Assembly (NCBI RefSeq): GCF_037042905.1
Contig: NC_087250.1
Coordinates: 16,618,001 to 16,682,000, forward strand
Origin: Lytechinus pictus
Taxonomy: Eukaryota
Direction: 5' to 3'
Length of the DNA stretch: 64,000 nucleotides
The notes below the pieces were generated by a model. It ran no database searches. It saw only the letters and a list, made by a program, of their open reading frames with translations, and was not told the origin of the DNA. Shown in pieces: positions 1 through 11,600 of the stretch; positions within the stretch are counted from its first letter, which is position 1, and every line of letters starts with the position of its first letter. Position numbers and translations under genes: made by a program.

Positions 1-811
1 TTGCTTGACAGGAAACACAGGAAGGGATTCATGTCTTTCAATGACAATGGTGTATTGAGTCAATTTTGAAGGAGCTAGATATGGCAGATCGGGTAAAATG
101 TATTAAAAAGTTGTGAGCGAGCGAAGTGAGCACGCAAATATTCCCACTTTTTTAATTACAATATCAAATTTTGTGATAGATTTTGACATAATATTCAGCA
201 AATAATATCATATTTTACTTTCTATCTTTCCTTTTATTTTCTGTCCACTTTTTTTCTTGGTCATGATTTTTTTTAATTGAGGGGGGGGGGGAGCAACCCC
301 AGAGCGCCCACCCATCTGTGTGGCTTTGTTCAAAAGGCACTATAACCTTTGTAGCACATAATGAAAGGATTTGAATAAAAAATCCATGCTCTCCCATAAT
401 TCGGTTGAAAAAAATAATTTAAGCTTGAAGAAGGAATATTCAAAGCTAACAGAGAGCATATTAAAAAGAAATAACAGAATAATTCAATCAAATAAATAGA
501 TCTGAAAATGAATTTTGACCGCATGATTTGAAAATTATGGCAAAGATAATGAAAAGGTCAAGAGGAAGTCTGCTAATTAGCAAGAAGTCCGATCATCATA
601 TTCTGCAATTCTGGCGCAAGCCTCTTTTTGAACCCCCAACAAAAACGTCCCGTGTTCGCTCAAGCATGAACAAAACTAAATTTTTTTAATAGCATTTGAA
701 AGACAAGACCTTAGAGCACCGATTAACACCAAAATATAGACATAATAATTTGAAACTAAAATTTTATAGACTTTTCAAATCTGTCCCGTTTTTTTTTATA
801 CGCACTGTATA

Positions 812-2773
812 ACATTTTCGCTCGCGCTTCGCGCTCGCATTGCCTGTTAGGTGATTTACATATCTTGTTCAATATGGAGTTCGAATATCAAGTTTGGAAG
901 TCAATATACAAAACATATTTCACTTTGGAAATCGAACTTTCATTATTTTGTGTAATTTACAAATAGGTTTTTAAAAAGTGCTCTGTAAAAATGTCAGTGT
1001 TATGGTCTGAATGTTAACATTTGCTGCTTGCGCTGCGCGCTGTCGCAAATTTCGATTTATCAGGTACCTATTATTTTTGTGTATTCCATAAAGTTTTTAA
1101 AATATCCCTTTTCAGGTCTGATTGTCAAGACGTATCAGCTAGCGCGCTGCACGCTCGCATTTTTTGGCGAGTTATATAAATGTTTCAATATTGACTATAC
1201 AACAAACTACTTAAAATCCCCTTTTCATGACAGTTTATCAAAAATTTTAGCTCGCGATTTGCGCTCGCATTAATGGTTAAAAATATATTAACTGATGCAT
1301 CCTATTCATAATCACAAAAAAGAAATTTCAAATTTTTATGCCATGATATCATCAGATTTCGCGCCCTCATAAGGCATTAATAAATATGATATTAATTCAA
1401 TAACTAAATTGTCCCTTTTGTTTCATCTCGCGCTTAGAAAGAGGAATAGGAAGATAGTCATCCTTTTCATATGATGACATGTCGTAAGAATGTCCCTGTC
1501 CTATGTCAAAACTCAAAGTAATAATAATATCAGCTCTTTTTTATAAAGTGCGATACATATCCACCTTACCATTTTTCTACAAAGGGCTTGAAATATAAAG
1601 TTGAAATTTACTCTTTTTTCAGATCGGAATATCAAAGTTTCATGATTTTCATGATTAAAGTTGTATTTTGAATGCCTAGATTCTAGGTCTAAATATGAAA
1701 CACGCTCGCGCATGTTTATTTCAGATATTCAACTTGTTCTCTAATTTAAAACATTATCCAGTTTCAGATCACAATATCAAAAATTTTCTGCTCGCGCTTT
1801 GTGCTCGCATTATTATTGTAGAAAGACCCCATATTACTCATCATTTTGATGATTTACAAAACATGAACAGATTGGCCCATTTTTAGGTCTAAATCTCGAA
1901 AAAAAAAATCTGCTCGCGCTTCGCGCACGCAGCAATCGTTAAATTATATAGCTATCCTGTTCACGATTACAAAAACTGATTAAAATTTTCCAGTCTTTCT
2001 TTAGAAAGTTCAAAATTTTTCAGCTCGCGCTTCGCAATCGCATTTTTTTATTGTTGAAATAAATTATGTAACGCCTTAATGGCTAAATGCAAGCAGTCCT
2101 TAACAGGTACCTTTTCAACAGGTACCAGTTCAAAACGTATATAAAAATTTTCTGCTCGCGGTTTCCGCTCGCATTGTTAATACTCATCTTTTTTAGGATT
2201 TACAAAACATGTATAGAGTGTCTCGTTCAGTAAATATTATAGGACTAAATCTCGAAATTTTCCACTCGCGCATCGCGCTCGCATTAATTGTTTACTTATA
2301 TACCTATTATGTTTGAGTTACAAAAAGTGCTTAGAATTTCGATTCTTTAGGTGGAATGTCAAAAAAAATTCAGCTCACGCTTCGCGCTCGCATAATTTGA
2401 TTGTTAAATGCTACTTTAACAGGTATCTTTTCCATCAGTTCATTTCTGCTCGCGCTTTGCGTTCGTAGTAATTATTAAGTTGCATACACATCTTTTTCAG
2501 GATAACAAACATTGCCCAGAATCAGTTCAAATTTTAGGAAAAAATACATAAAACTTCCAAAAAAATTAGCTCGCGCTTCGCGCTCGCATCATATATGAGG
2601 ATTATGGTATTATATATTAATTTATAAGAATAAAGCTAAGAAGTGACTAATGAGGACTACCCCTTCAAAGAAACAAACAAAAATCATCTTCGAGCTGCCG
2701 ATCGGGGAAAATAATTATGGCTGAAACAAATTTCCGCCCCCTCCCCTATTGGCGAAGGCTGGATCCGCCCCTG
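812..2773. mobile_element. Non-autonomous DNA element (hAT-like MITE family) with many GCTCGCGCTTCGCGCTCGC internal motifs; left end truncated
   Basis: Ends in GGATCCGCCCCTG (to 2773). Recurring GCTCGCGCTTCGCGCTCGCA motif. Colinear in reverse orientation with 28647-30380. Confidence 0.7.
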
Positions 2774-3482
2774 TGTTCCCCCTACCTTTTGGGAGAGATT
2801 TCCGCCCCTGGCCCAGTGTGACATCTTGTCTGCAAAGTGCAGATCAGATTTAGAAAATTAAGCCTAGGCAATTTGATGTGAATCACAGCTCCGTGTAAAG
2901 CAGAAATCATCACGATGGCCTTGGTTGTGAGGAGGGGGAGGCCGGGGACGCAATTGTGTTTAATGACGTGTTTGGGGGCAAGGTTACCAGTTAAAAAGGT
3001 AAAAAGATTTCTTCAAAATCAATTTTCTTCTATACACGCACTGTATATTGCTATGAACGTAAACATGAACATATTGCTATGAACGTGAACTTCATCAGCT
3101 AGCTAGCTGCCTCCCGGACGCAAAATTATTTTTCCCACCGAGTTCTGGACCAACATATGAATATTCATGAGTTGCGTCTTCGGATTGAGAGTACGCATGC
3201 GCGTGGACTTTGCCTCGACCAGTGCCGGTCGTAAGCATTCACGTTGCTCAGAATGAATTAGCATCGTCATATTACCGGTACCCTTACATAGTTACATAGG
3301 CCTTATAGGCTTAGATCTATATATATATAAACTCCTCAAAAAAAAGTTTGGAAATCTGACTTTGATCGATAATCCCTCCTCGGATTAAATAAATAACAAT
3401 GTTTAATTAATATCAACGAATAGAACATTTAATTTTCTTGCAGTCAGATGTCATCAAAGCACTATTATCTTGATCATGACCC

Positions 3483-3990
3483 CTTTTGCCTAATAATTTT
3501 GACAACATTTTTCAAACCAATAGAGATATACATACATATAATACTAGAAACTCAGCTGATACTTGTGCAATATATGGCCATTATTCTTTCTCAAACAACA
3601 TATTTTTATGTAGGGGACCCATTATTTGGAATAAGATCCCTCAAAATATCAAGCAGTGCAAAACCCTTCAAAGCATTAAAAGACATTTAAAAATACATTT
3701 CATGCAGAAAGTCTAATACTAATAGTAATACTGATATAGATAAATTGTATACTTTTGTTATGTTTGTTGTTCTGTATTTCCTGACTGCATTTGTTTTTTA
3801 ATTGTGTTGTTTTGTGTTAATTTCAGGATCACTAACTTATAAGTTCCTTGTAACTTCTCAGTGATCCTTCCACTATTCTTAAATATACTCACTTTTGTTA
3901 TAATGTATTTCATTGAAATATTTATACTTTTTGATTTATATGTTTTTTATGAAGACTGTGGTAAATAAAATTTCAATTTTAATTTCAATT
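3483..3990 (+). mobile_element. 3' fragment of a LINE (CR1/L2-like ORF2 C-terminus plus 3' UTR)
   Basis: ORF 3486-3716 has HTYNTR and GPIIWNKIP motifs shared with the other LINE C-termini here. Ends with AATAAA and a short simple-repeat tail. Confidence 0.7.
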
Positions 3991-5029
3991 AATCATTGTT
4001 AAAAGGGCATCCTTGCGCAATGTTGCCAGCGCGAACCACCAGCTCAAACTTCTTGACATGTCGTGTAATAAGACATGGAAATTAAATATTTTGAGCTGGT
4101 TTTGTAATCATGAAAAAGATGTCTATCTAACTAAAAAATAACTTTACGCTCGCTAATTTTTTTTTATATACTGACCAGTAAAGGAAGCAGTTAATTACTA
4201 CATTTTAAATAGGATACATAACTCACCAATAAAAATAATGCGAGTGCAAAGCGCGAGCTCAAAAATGTGTGATATTCCAACCTGAAAACTGGACATTCTA
4301 AGCATTTTTTTTGTGAACGGGAAGAGAACGAGTACAATAATTGATGCGAGTGCAGGAAGCGAGACAAAAATTTGTGATATTCTAACCATAAAACAACATT
4401 TTATACATTTTTGTAACCATGAGCAGGATTAGTACTGTACTAAACAATAATTGATGCAAGCACGATTCAAAATCTGTGATTTTCGAACCTAAAATGTTTT
4501 ATGTTTTATTATTAAAGAAGGTATATTTCTCTTTTAAAAAGGGCATATTTCATTTGGAAAAAAAAAATCCTACAGGGATTTTTTTTTTTGGGGGGGGGGG
4601 AAGAGAGCACAAAGCGCAAGCTAAAATTTTCACATGCTTAAACTGAAAATGAGTAAATTTTAGGACTCTTGTCAGTTTTCATAATTTTTTCTGCTTACAA
4701 CCACCTTTAAATTTCAATTCACATTTCTTGAATCTTCTACACTTATTTTACCTAAAAAAACAGAATAAAGAATACTAACAAAATAAAGTTATATTCAAAA
4801 GGATATCAAACAAACAGGGCGCACCCCATACCCTTAGTTGGGAGAGGGTAAATCTTAATTATTTCTTTAAACAGTTAATCAATCATTAATTATTAATACT
4901 TATTGACAATATTAATAATTTTTAATTATTCAATTATTATTTTTTTATTATTATTTCTTGAAACCATATTGACACAAAAACAAATACGTTGTTTATTTCC
5001 TTGAAACTGTAGAGAAATGAAATTCACTG

Positions 5030-6392
5030 TTGAACGATATATTTGCAGATGATACCAATATTTTTTATTCTCACCCAAAACTTGAAATTGTAGTATCTAC
5101 TTTAAATGATGAATTATGTAAAGTGTCTACTTGGTTCAAATGCAACAAATTGTCTTTAAACGTAAACAAAACATATTTTATGCACTTTAAACATTATAAT
5201 ACCCATGCAGTTAACGAAGAAATAATGATAAACATTGACAGCGTCACCTTACAACAAAAACAACATTCAAAGTTTTTAGGAGTAACTATTGATGAAAATT
5301 TATCGTGGAATAATCATTTACGCCATATCACCACTTCCGTATCCAGAGGTGTTGGGATAATTTCCAAATTAAAATACTTATTACCCCCGAAAACTCTTTT
5401 TCTTCTTTATAATGTCTTGGTTCTCCCTCACATATCATATTGCAACATAGTTTGGGGTAACTGTGGTAATACAAAAATTAATTCGATTTTCTTGTTACAA
5501 AAAAGAGCAGTTCGTATTTGTGCAGGATCACAATATCTCGCTAGATCCAGTCCTTTATTTTTTAAATTAAGAACTTTAAAAATTTCAGATATAAATACAT
5601 ATCAAGCTGCTAACTTCATGTTCAAATACAAAAAGGGAATTCTTCCCACTTCCTTTCAAAATATGTCCACAATCAACAACACCATTCACTCGTATCCAAC
5701 ACGAAACTCTGACAAATTTCATCTCACAAATCCAAAACTAATAATAGCACACAAATCCATTCGACATTACGGTGCAGATTTATGGAACAATTTATCACCT
5801 GAAATTAAGTTATGCTCTACACTTTATTCATTCAAGGCTGTTTTGAAGAGAAATACACTGTTAAAATATAATACCTAAAATTTCTGTGTGTTACGTACCA
5901 ACCGATATTACAATCCCCCCCCCCCCCCCTCCCCTGCACTTGCACTCTCGCACACTTTAACTTTTATCAACATGATTATAACTTCCTCATTTTACATTTT
6001 CTTTCCCTATCTACTTTTTTGGTAATATTTCTATTATTTTGTGCAATAAAAGATAAGTCTCTTTTATTGCACTATTTGTCTGATTTTCCTTCCCCTTTCC
6101 TTTTGAGGCCTTTATCAATTTCAAGCTCTAAGCTTAAGATGAAGGTCTCCCACATTTCAAAATGTATTAATGTTGATATATGTATATATATATATATATA
6201 TATATTCTGCTATTTTTTTTAACAATAAAAAAAAAAAGAAATTTATCAGGTATAAGTATGTTTCAATTAGATTGTATATTATGCATATGTTATTAATTAT
6301 ATCATTTGCTTATTATGTTATGCTAAGGAAAAAAATGATTACACTTGTATATGCTTTTTTTGGAATGTGGAAATAAATAAATCAAATCAAAT
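5030..6392 (+). mobile_element. 5'-truncated LINE (CR1/L2-like): RT C-terminal ORF 5030-5878 plus 3' UTR
   Basis: FADDTN RT motif, KFLGVTIDENLSW, HSYPTR, GADLWNNL. 3' end AATAAATAAATCAAATCAAAT. Confidence 0.85.
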
Positions 6393-7972
6393 ATATGATT
6401 AAAAAAGAAGTAAACATTTCTTCCCCTTTGTTTTGTCAATCTGACCCAAAACATATATACAATTTAGAAAAGAGATAGAGAGAAGAAGAAGTTCCACCAC
6501 CAAGAATAAACTTAGACAAGGGGGGGGGGGGGAAGGGAAAGGAAAAGATGGAGTAAATGTGATATTATTTTTATTATCTATCGCAAAATTAGCTTTTCCT
6601 ATAGAAAGAGGGGGACAAATTTTGTTCACTCGCTCGCTTCAATCGCTTTTTTCTTTTTTTTTGACAGAAATTTTGCTTTGTATGCCATGTTTGGCCCCTC
6701 AAAGTTTCTGGCTCATCATGCCATTGACATAACCCATTTGGATATGACAAAATTGAAGACTGTGTTCAAGTTTACCAAATCTTTTCAGAATATCATTAAG
6801 ACTTAAAACATTCTTGTTGGCCAAAGAAAATAATACAAGGAAAATCCTAATGGAATAGAAATCAACCTTGTTATCGTTCCTTAGAGTTAGCTATGTTTAA
6901 AGTATGAAAATTGTTGTCAAAATTGCAGTCAGATGTAAAAATTATTCTTGTAATCAAAGCACTATTATCTTGATCATGACCATTATTATTTACTGTCATT
7001 ATCATCATATGATTACAACATATTACCAATACATAATGCTATTTTTCATAACTGATGTATTCTTTGTTTGAATTTCTTGATAATGGTGACAATTACAATT
7101 GATGACACTGCTAGTACACTTACTACTGCTGCTGCTACTGTTACTGGTGATTGGTAGTATTGACCATTAGTGTTATTAAATATATTTAAAAAAAAAACAA
7201 TTGAAACATTTATAATTATGCCTTGAAATTTCAATGCTGAAAATCCTCAAGGCCAAGGCTTTGAAAAAGTAGGCATTACGGCGCCTTAAGGCCAAGGCCG
7301 AGCATCAAGGCACTACAACACTGATTAGTACTAGGCATTAATTAGACAGGTCCAGATTTGAGGTAAAGTTAATGCGCTAGCCTAAGCTAGCCCTACCCTA
7401 GCACATGTCTTGCCATTAATGGCAGCTAGTTTATTAAGTGTTTAAGAATTGGATATATATATAAGCCTATCTAAGCCTATAAGACCTATGTATCTATGTA
7501 AGGGTACCGGTAATTTGACGATGCTAATTCATTCTGAGCAACGTGAATGCATACGATCGGCACTGGTGGAGGCAAAGTCCAAGCGCATGCGTACTCTCAA
7601 GCCGAAGACGCAAGTAATGAATATTCATATGTTGGTCCAGAACTCGGTGGGAAAAATAAGTAACCCCGAGTGCTAACAGCTGACTGTTTTACAACTTGGG
7701 GAGTGATACATTTTTATAATAGGGGTGATCAAACTCACTGGAGGGACTTTAATTCACTTATAACAAAGAAATGTTAACTACAGTACTCATGTTGAATGCT
7801 CTGATGAAAATTATATGAGTTTTACATTCATTTGAACGAGAGGACAAGATTATATACATCCAGTGCATTATGCGTGAATCATACTACCATTGAGACCCCT
7901 GGCCGGCCGCGAATATTTAGGCAGAAATCTTTCATAATGCTTAAGTTAAACCACGGGATAGCATATCCCCTC

Positions 7973-8594
7973 TGTAGCGGCATGAATATAATTGGGTATA
8001 TTTGCCATTATTATGTACTGTTTACATGCATGTATCTTGTATACAGAGTCAGTGGAAAAAGAAAGTAAGAAATGTCAATGCAAGATTGTACACAGCGCAT
8101 TGCTTATTGTGCTCCTTGATTCCAAGAAGTCCAGGAGAAGATGAGTCATGTGGGTGAAGCATCACCCAAAGTATAGAACAAAGAAAGTAAGATTCAGAAG
8201 TTGCAAAGATTCAGAAGAAGATAGTCAAGAAATTATATTTATTCCTATAAATTGTGAAATTCTCCAGGATTGCAAACAGTTGCGAACCGCTCAATTACCG
8301 CTCAATCGCTCAATCGTCGCTCAATTGCCGTGCAATTGTTGAAGTACAGGTTGTTGACAGTTGATGCTGGTTAAAGGTTTCTTCGCTGGTCGTTGGTTAT
8401 GTCGACCTAGAAACTTCATTACAAGGCCGTATTTGATGTCAAGTTGTTGATTTATGTGTCGTCATTATTACGGAAGAAGTTGAAGAAGGAATAAACAGAC
8501 AAGTAACTGTAAAGCCGCTGTTTGAGTCTTCAATTAGCGTGTTCGAACTAAGCAATTAAGAATTTCCACGTGTAGTTTAAGAAAGGCAGCTACA
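7973..8594 (+). repeat. 5' LTR of BEL/Pao element
   Basis: Direct repeat of 14403-15024, with only about 3 substitutions seen by eye. TG...CA ends, TATAAA at 8246, AATAAA at 8490. Confidence 0.97.
8246..8287 (+). promoter_or_regulatory. LTR core promoter: TATA box (8246-8252) and initiator CAGTT (8277-8281)
   Basis: TATAAAT lies 31-32 nt upstream of a CAGTT Inr-like motif, the canonical Pol II spacing. Confidence 0.65.
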
Positions 8595-8599
8595 CGACA

Positions 8600-8610
8600 G
8601 TTCGCAACTG
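8600..8610 (+). other. Putative self-priming primer-binding site
   Basis: GTTCGCAACTG is the exact reverse complement of CAGTTGCGAAC (8277-8287). No TGG-starting tRNA PBS follows the LTR. Confidence 0.65.
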
Positions 8611-8614
8611 CATT

Positions 8615-11600
8615 ATGGATCCCTCAAATAAACCAAATTCAGAAGCCCTTGCTGGAGTTGGACCTGGAGCTGGAGACGACGAGGATGATGTAAAGTCTAC
8701 CACATCTCGGGGGAGCGCCATGTCCAGAGTGTCTTGTGTAAGCGATACATCAAGCCTGAAACTAAGAGCAGCGAGGGTGAAGGAGGAGCTGGTGAATAAG
8801 AAAAGGGAGCAGTTCTTACAGGAACAAAGACTAAGACGAGAACAGTTTAAATTACAACAGGAACAATTTGAACTGAATGAAAGAATAGAACTTCTCAAGA
8901 TCGACCATGACAAGGAAAATGCCAAGGTTGAAGCCACCATGTGGCAAGAACAAGTAAATGAAGAAAGGGCAGAAGCAGGATTCCGCCCTTACCTAACAAG
9001 GACTTGGACAATGTACAAATTACAGAAAGGTGGTTCTCCACCCAGGGAGAATCAAATCATCAGGGTAATGTACCAAATGTTCAAAAGGATAATGTATATG
9101 TTAAAGGTAATGAACATGTAAGTACTGGTGTAGTAGGTGAAGGTACTACAACAATTCATAAGCCGGGTAATGAAGGAGTAGGGTTAAGCAGGGGATACAA
9201 TGGTAATCACCAAGTTAATAGCCAAGCACAAGAACAGAAACCCTTCATACCCAATCCATTTCAGACCCCAGTTAATAACATGTATAATCATAATATGATG
9301 GCAATGGCTCTAAGTTTGCCAAAGCCAGACATGCCAACTTTCTCAGGCAATCCGATTGATTATTGGAATTTTGTGAATAGTTTTGAAGTTAATATTGCTG
9401 ACAGAATTCATGACAGTAGGTTAAAATTGTCTTACTTAATTCAGTTTACCTCAGACAAGGCCAGAGAGGCCATAGAAAATTGTGTATTATTAGATCCCGA
9501 TACAGGTTATTCCCGAGCTAGGATAATACTACAGGACCAGTTCGGACGGAACTACATAGTGGCTAGAGCTCACCTGGAGAAGGTCATCAATAGATCACCA
9601 CTCAGGGCCACGGACAGCCAAGGTCTGTGGGATCTAGCCAGAGACATGAGGAGGTGTCAGATGACAACTTCTCAGATGGGGTACTCGGCTGATATGAGTA
9701 CAACGGATACCCTACTGAAGATTCAACATCTTCTCCCAGTCCACATTCAATCCAAGTGGGCCAGCCGAGCACATTCACTGATGGAGCAATCAGTGATGCC
9801 CAACTTCTCCCATCTGACAGACTTCATCGAAGAGTCTGCTAAGGTGGCGAGTAATGTGTTCGGTAAGAGCGTAGGGCGTCCAGCCGTGCAAGACAAGAAG
9901 GCATCTGCGGGGAAGCCTAGGCCAAAGGTTTCGACCTTTAATACTACAACAAGCAAGTCTGAGAAACCTAAGGAATCGAGCTCATGCCCATGCTGCTCAG
10001 AGAAGCATGAGCTTGATAAGTGCCGCAAATTTAAAGGTCAGTCAGTAGATGAAAGGTTTGCCTTTGTCAAGTCTAAGGGGCTATGTTTCAATTGCCTCAA
10101 AGGGTCGCACATGGCAAAGGGCTGTACAGCTACCCCTAAGTGCAGCAAGGATGGGTGCAAGAAAAGACACCACACCCTTCTTCACATGGAGTGGTCCACC
10201 AAGGGCAAAGATAAAGGGCAAGAAACAGGTAAGCAAACTGGGGCCGGGCAAGGATCTGACTTAGATAACCAGGCCGACACTAATGCTGTTGGTGGTCAGA
10301 AAGAGGTTTGTCTCCGAGTTTTACCTGTCAATGTTAGAGGCAATGGCAGGGAGGTGACAACATGGGCTTTGCTGGACCATGGCAGCGATGTTTCCCTCTG
10401 CGAACAGCGTCTTGCAGATGACCTCGGCATCCAAGGTAAGGAGACAAACTTCCGACTGACCACGGTGAACAACACTAATACCCAAAGGGGAGGACAGGAG
10501 GTTAGTTTCTCCATTCAAGGAATTAAGGACAGGGATGTAATTGATATGCCCAGGGTGTGGACGGTAGAATCACTACCAACAACCCATAGAAGTATACCAA
10601 GGCAACAGGACGTAGATAGATGGTCCCATCTGAAGGGAATAGAGCTTCCAACAGCTGCCAAGAAGGATATCACCTTGCTCATAGGGAGTGACACCCCAGA
10701 GGCCTTCTGGGTCCAGGAAGAAAGGAGGGGAAAGAAGAAAGAACCATATGCTATCCGTTCTCCACTGGGATGGACAGTCATGGGCCCCACCGGACGCAGA
10801 AGGAAAGGAGCATTTGAGGTGAACAACATCTCAATGGATGACCATTTGCAAGAGCAAGTCCAGAGATTCTGGAAACTGGACTATGCTCCTGGTGATGAGA
10901 GTGAAAGATTAGGTGACTCGGTAGAAGACAGGAAGGCTCGTGCCATGATGGAAGACACAATCCGTCTTATGGATGGCCATTATGAGATGGGTTTACCTTG
11001 GCGTCAATTCCCTCCGTCTCTACCAAACAACCACAAGATGGCAGAGTCACGTTTACGATCTCTAAAGAGAAGACTGGAGAAGGATGACAGCCTTCACCAG
11101 AAGTACACAGAAACTATGACAAATTATTTGTCGAAGGGATTTGCAAGGGAGGTGGACGAGGACCCTCAAGAGGAGGGCTCTATCTGGTATCTACCTCACC
11201 ACCCAGTGACTCATCCCTTCAAGCCGGAAAAGGTGCGTGTAGTATTTGACTGTGCTGCCAAATACCAAGGAATCTCCCTTAACAGCCAGTTATTGAGTGG
11301 ACCGGATTACACCAATAAGCTTGTTGGTGTGCTTCTTCGCTTCAGACAAGAGGAAATAGCACTGGTGGCAGATGTGGAGGGTATGTTCCACCAAGTGAGG
11401 GTCACACCCACCCACACTGATGCGCTCAGATTCTTGTGGTGGGAGAACGGTAACACAGACACGACGCCTAAGACGTACAAGATGCAAGTGCATCTGTTTG
11501 GAGCGACTTCGTCTCCAAGCTGTGCAGGCTTTGCACTCCAAAGGACTGAGGAAGACAACAGGCAGGACTTTGATCCAGAAGTTTGTCAGATAGTCAAGGA

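Larger units (their letters stand above)
3126..7659. mobile_element. Putative TIR element with ~200-bp inverted arms (3126-3329 / 7453-7659), interior filled by LINE fragments and other repeats
   Basis: TTATTTTTCCCACCGAGTTCTGGACCAACATATGAATATTCAT at 3126 is the reverse complement of ...ATGAATATTCATATGTTGGTCCAGAACTCGGTGGGAAAAATAA ending at 7659. No clear TSD. Confidence 0.55.

Noticed and set aside
812..2590. Repeat-spacer pattern resembling a CRISPR array
   Set aside because: Eukaryotic context with no cas genes. Repeats are short and degenerate, spacing is irregular, and the array lies inside a multi-copy TIR element.
8148..8342. 64-aa ORF duplicated at 14578-14772
   Set aside because: It lies inside the LTRs, starts at GTG upstream of the predicted TSS and has no recognisable domain.
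8980..9121. Programmed -1 ribosomal frameshift between the first two BEL ORFs
   Set aside because: The break is inside gag rather than at the gag/pol junction, has no clear slippery heptamer, and matches the three other single-base losses.
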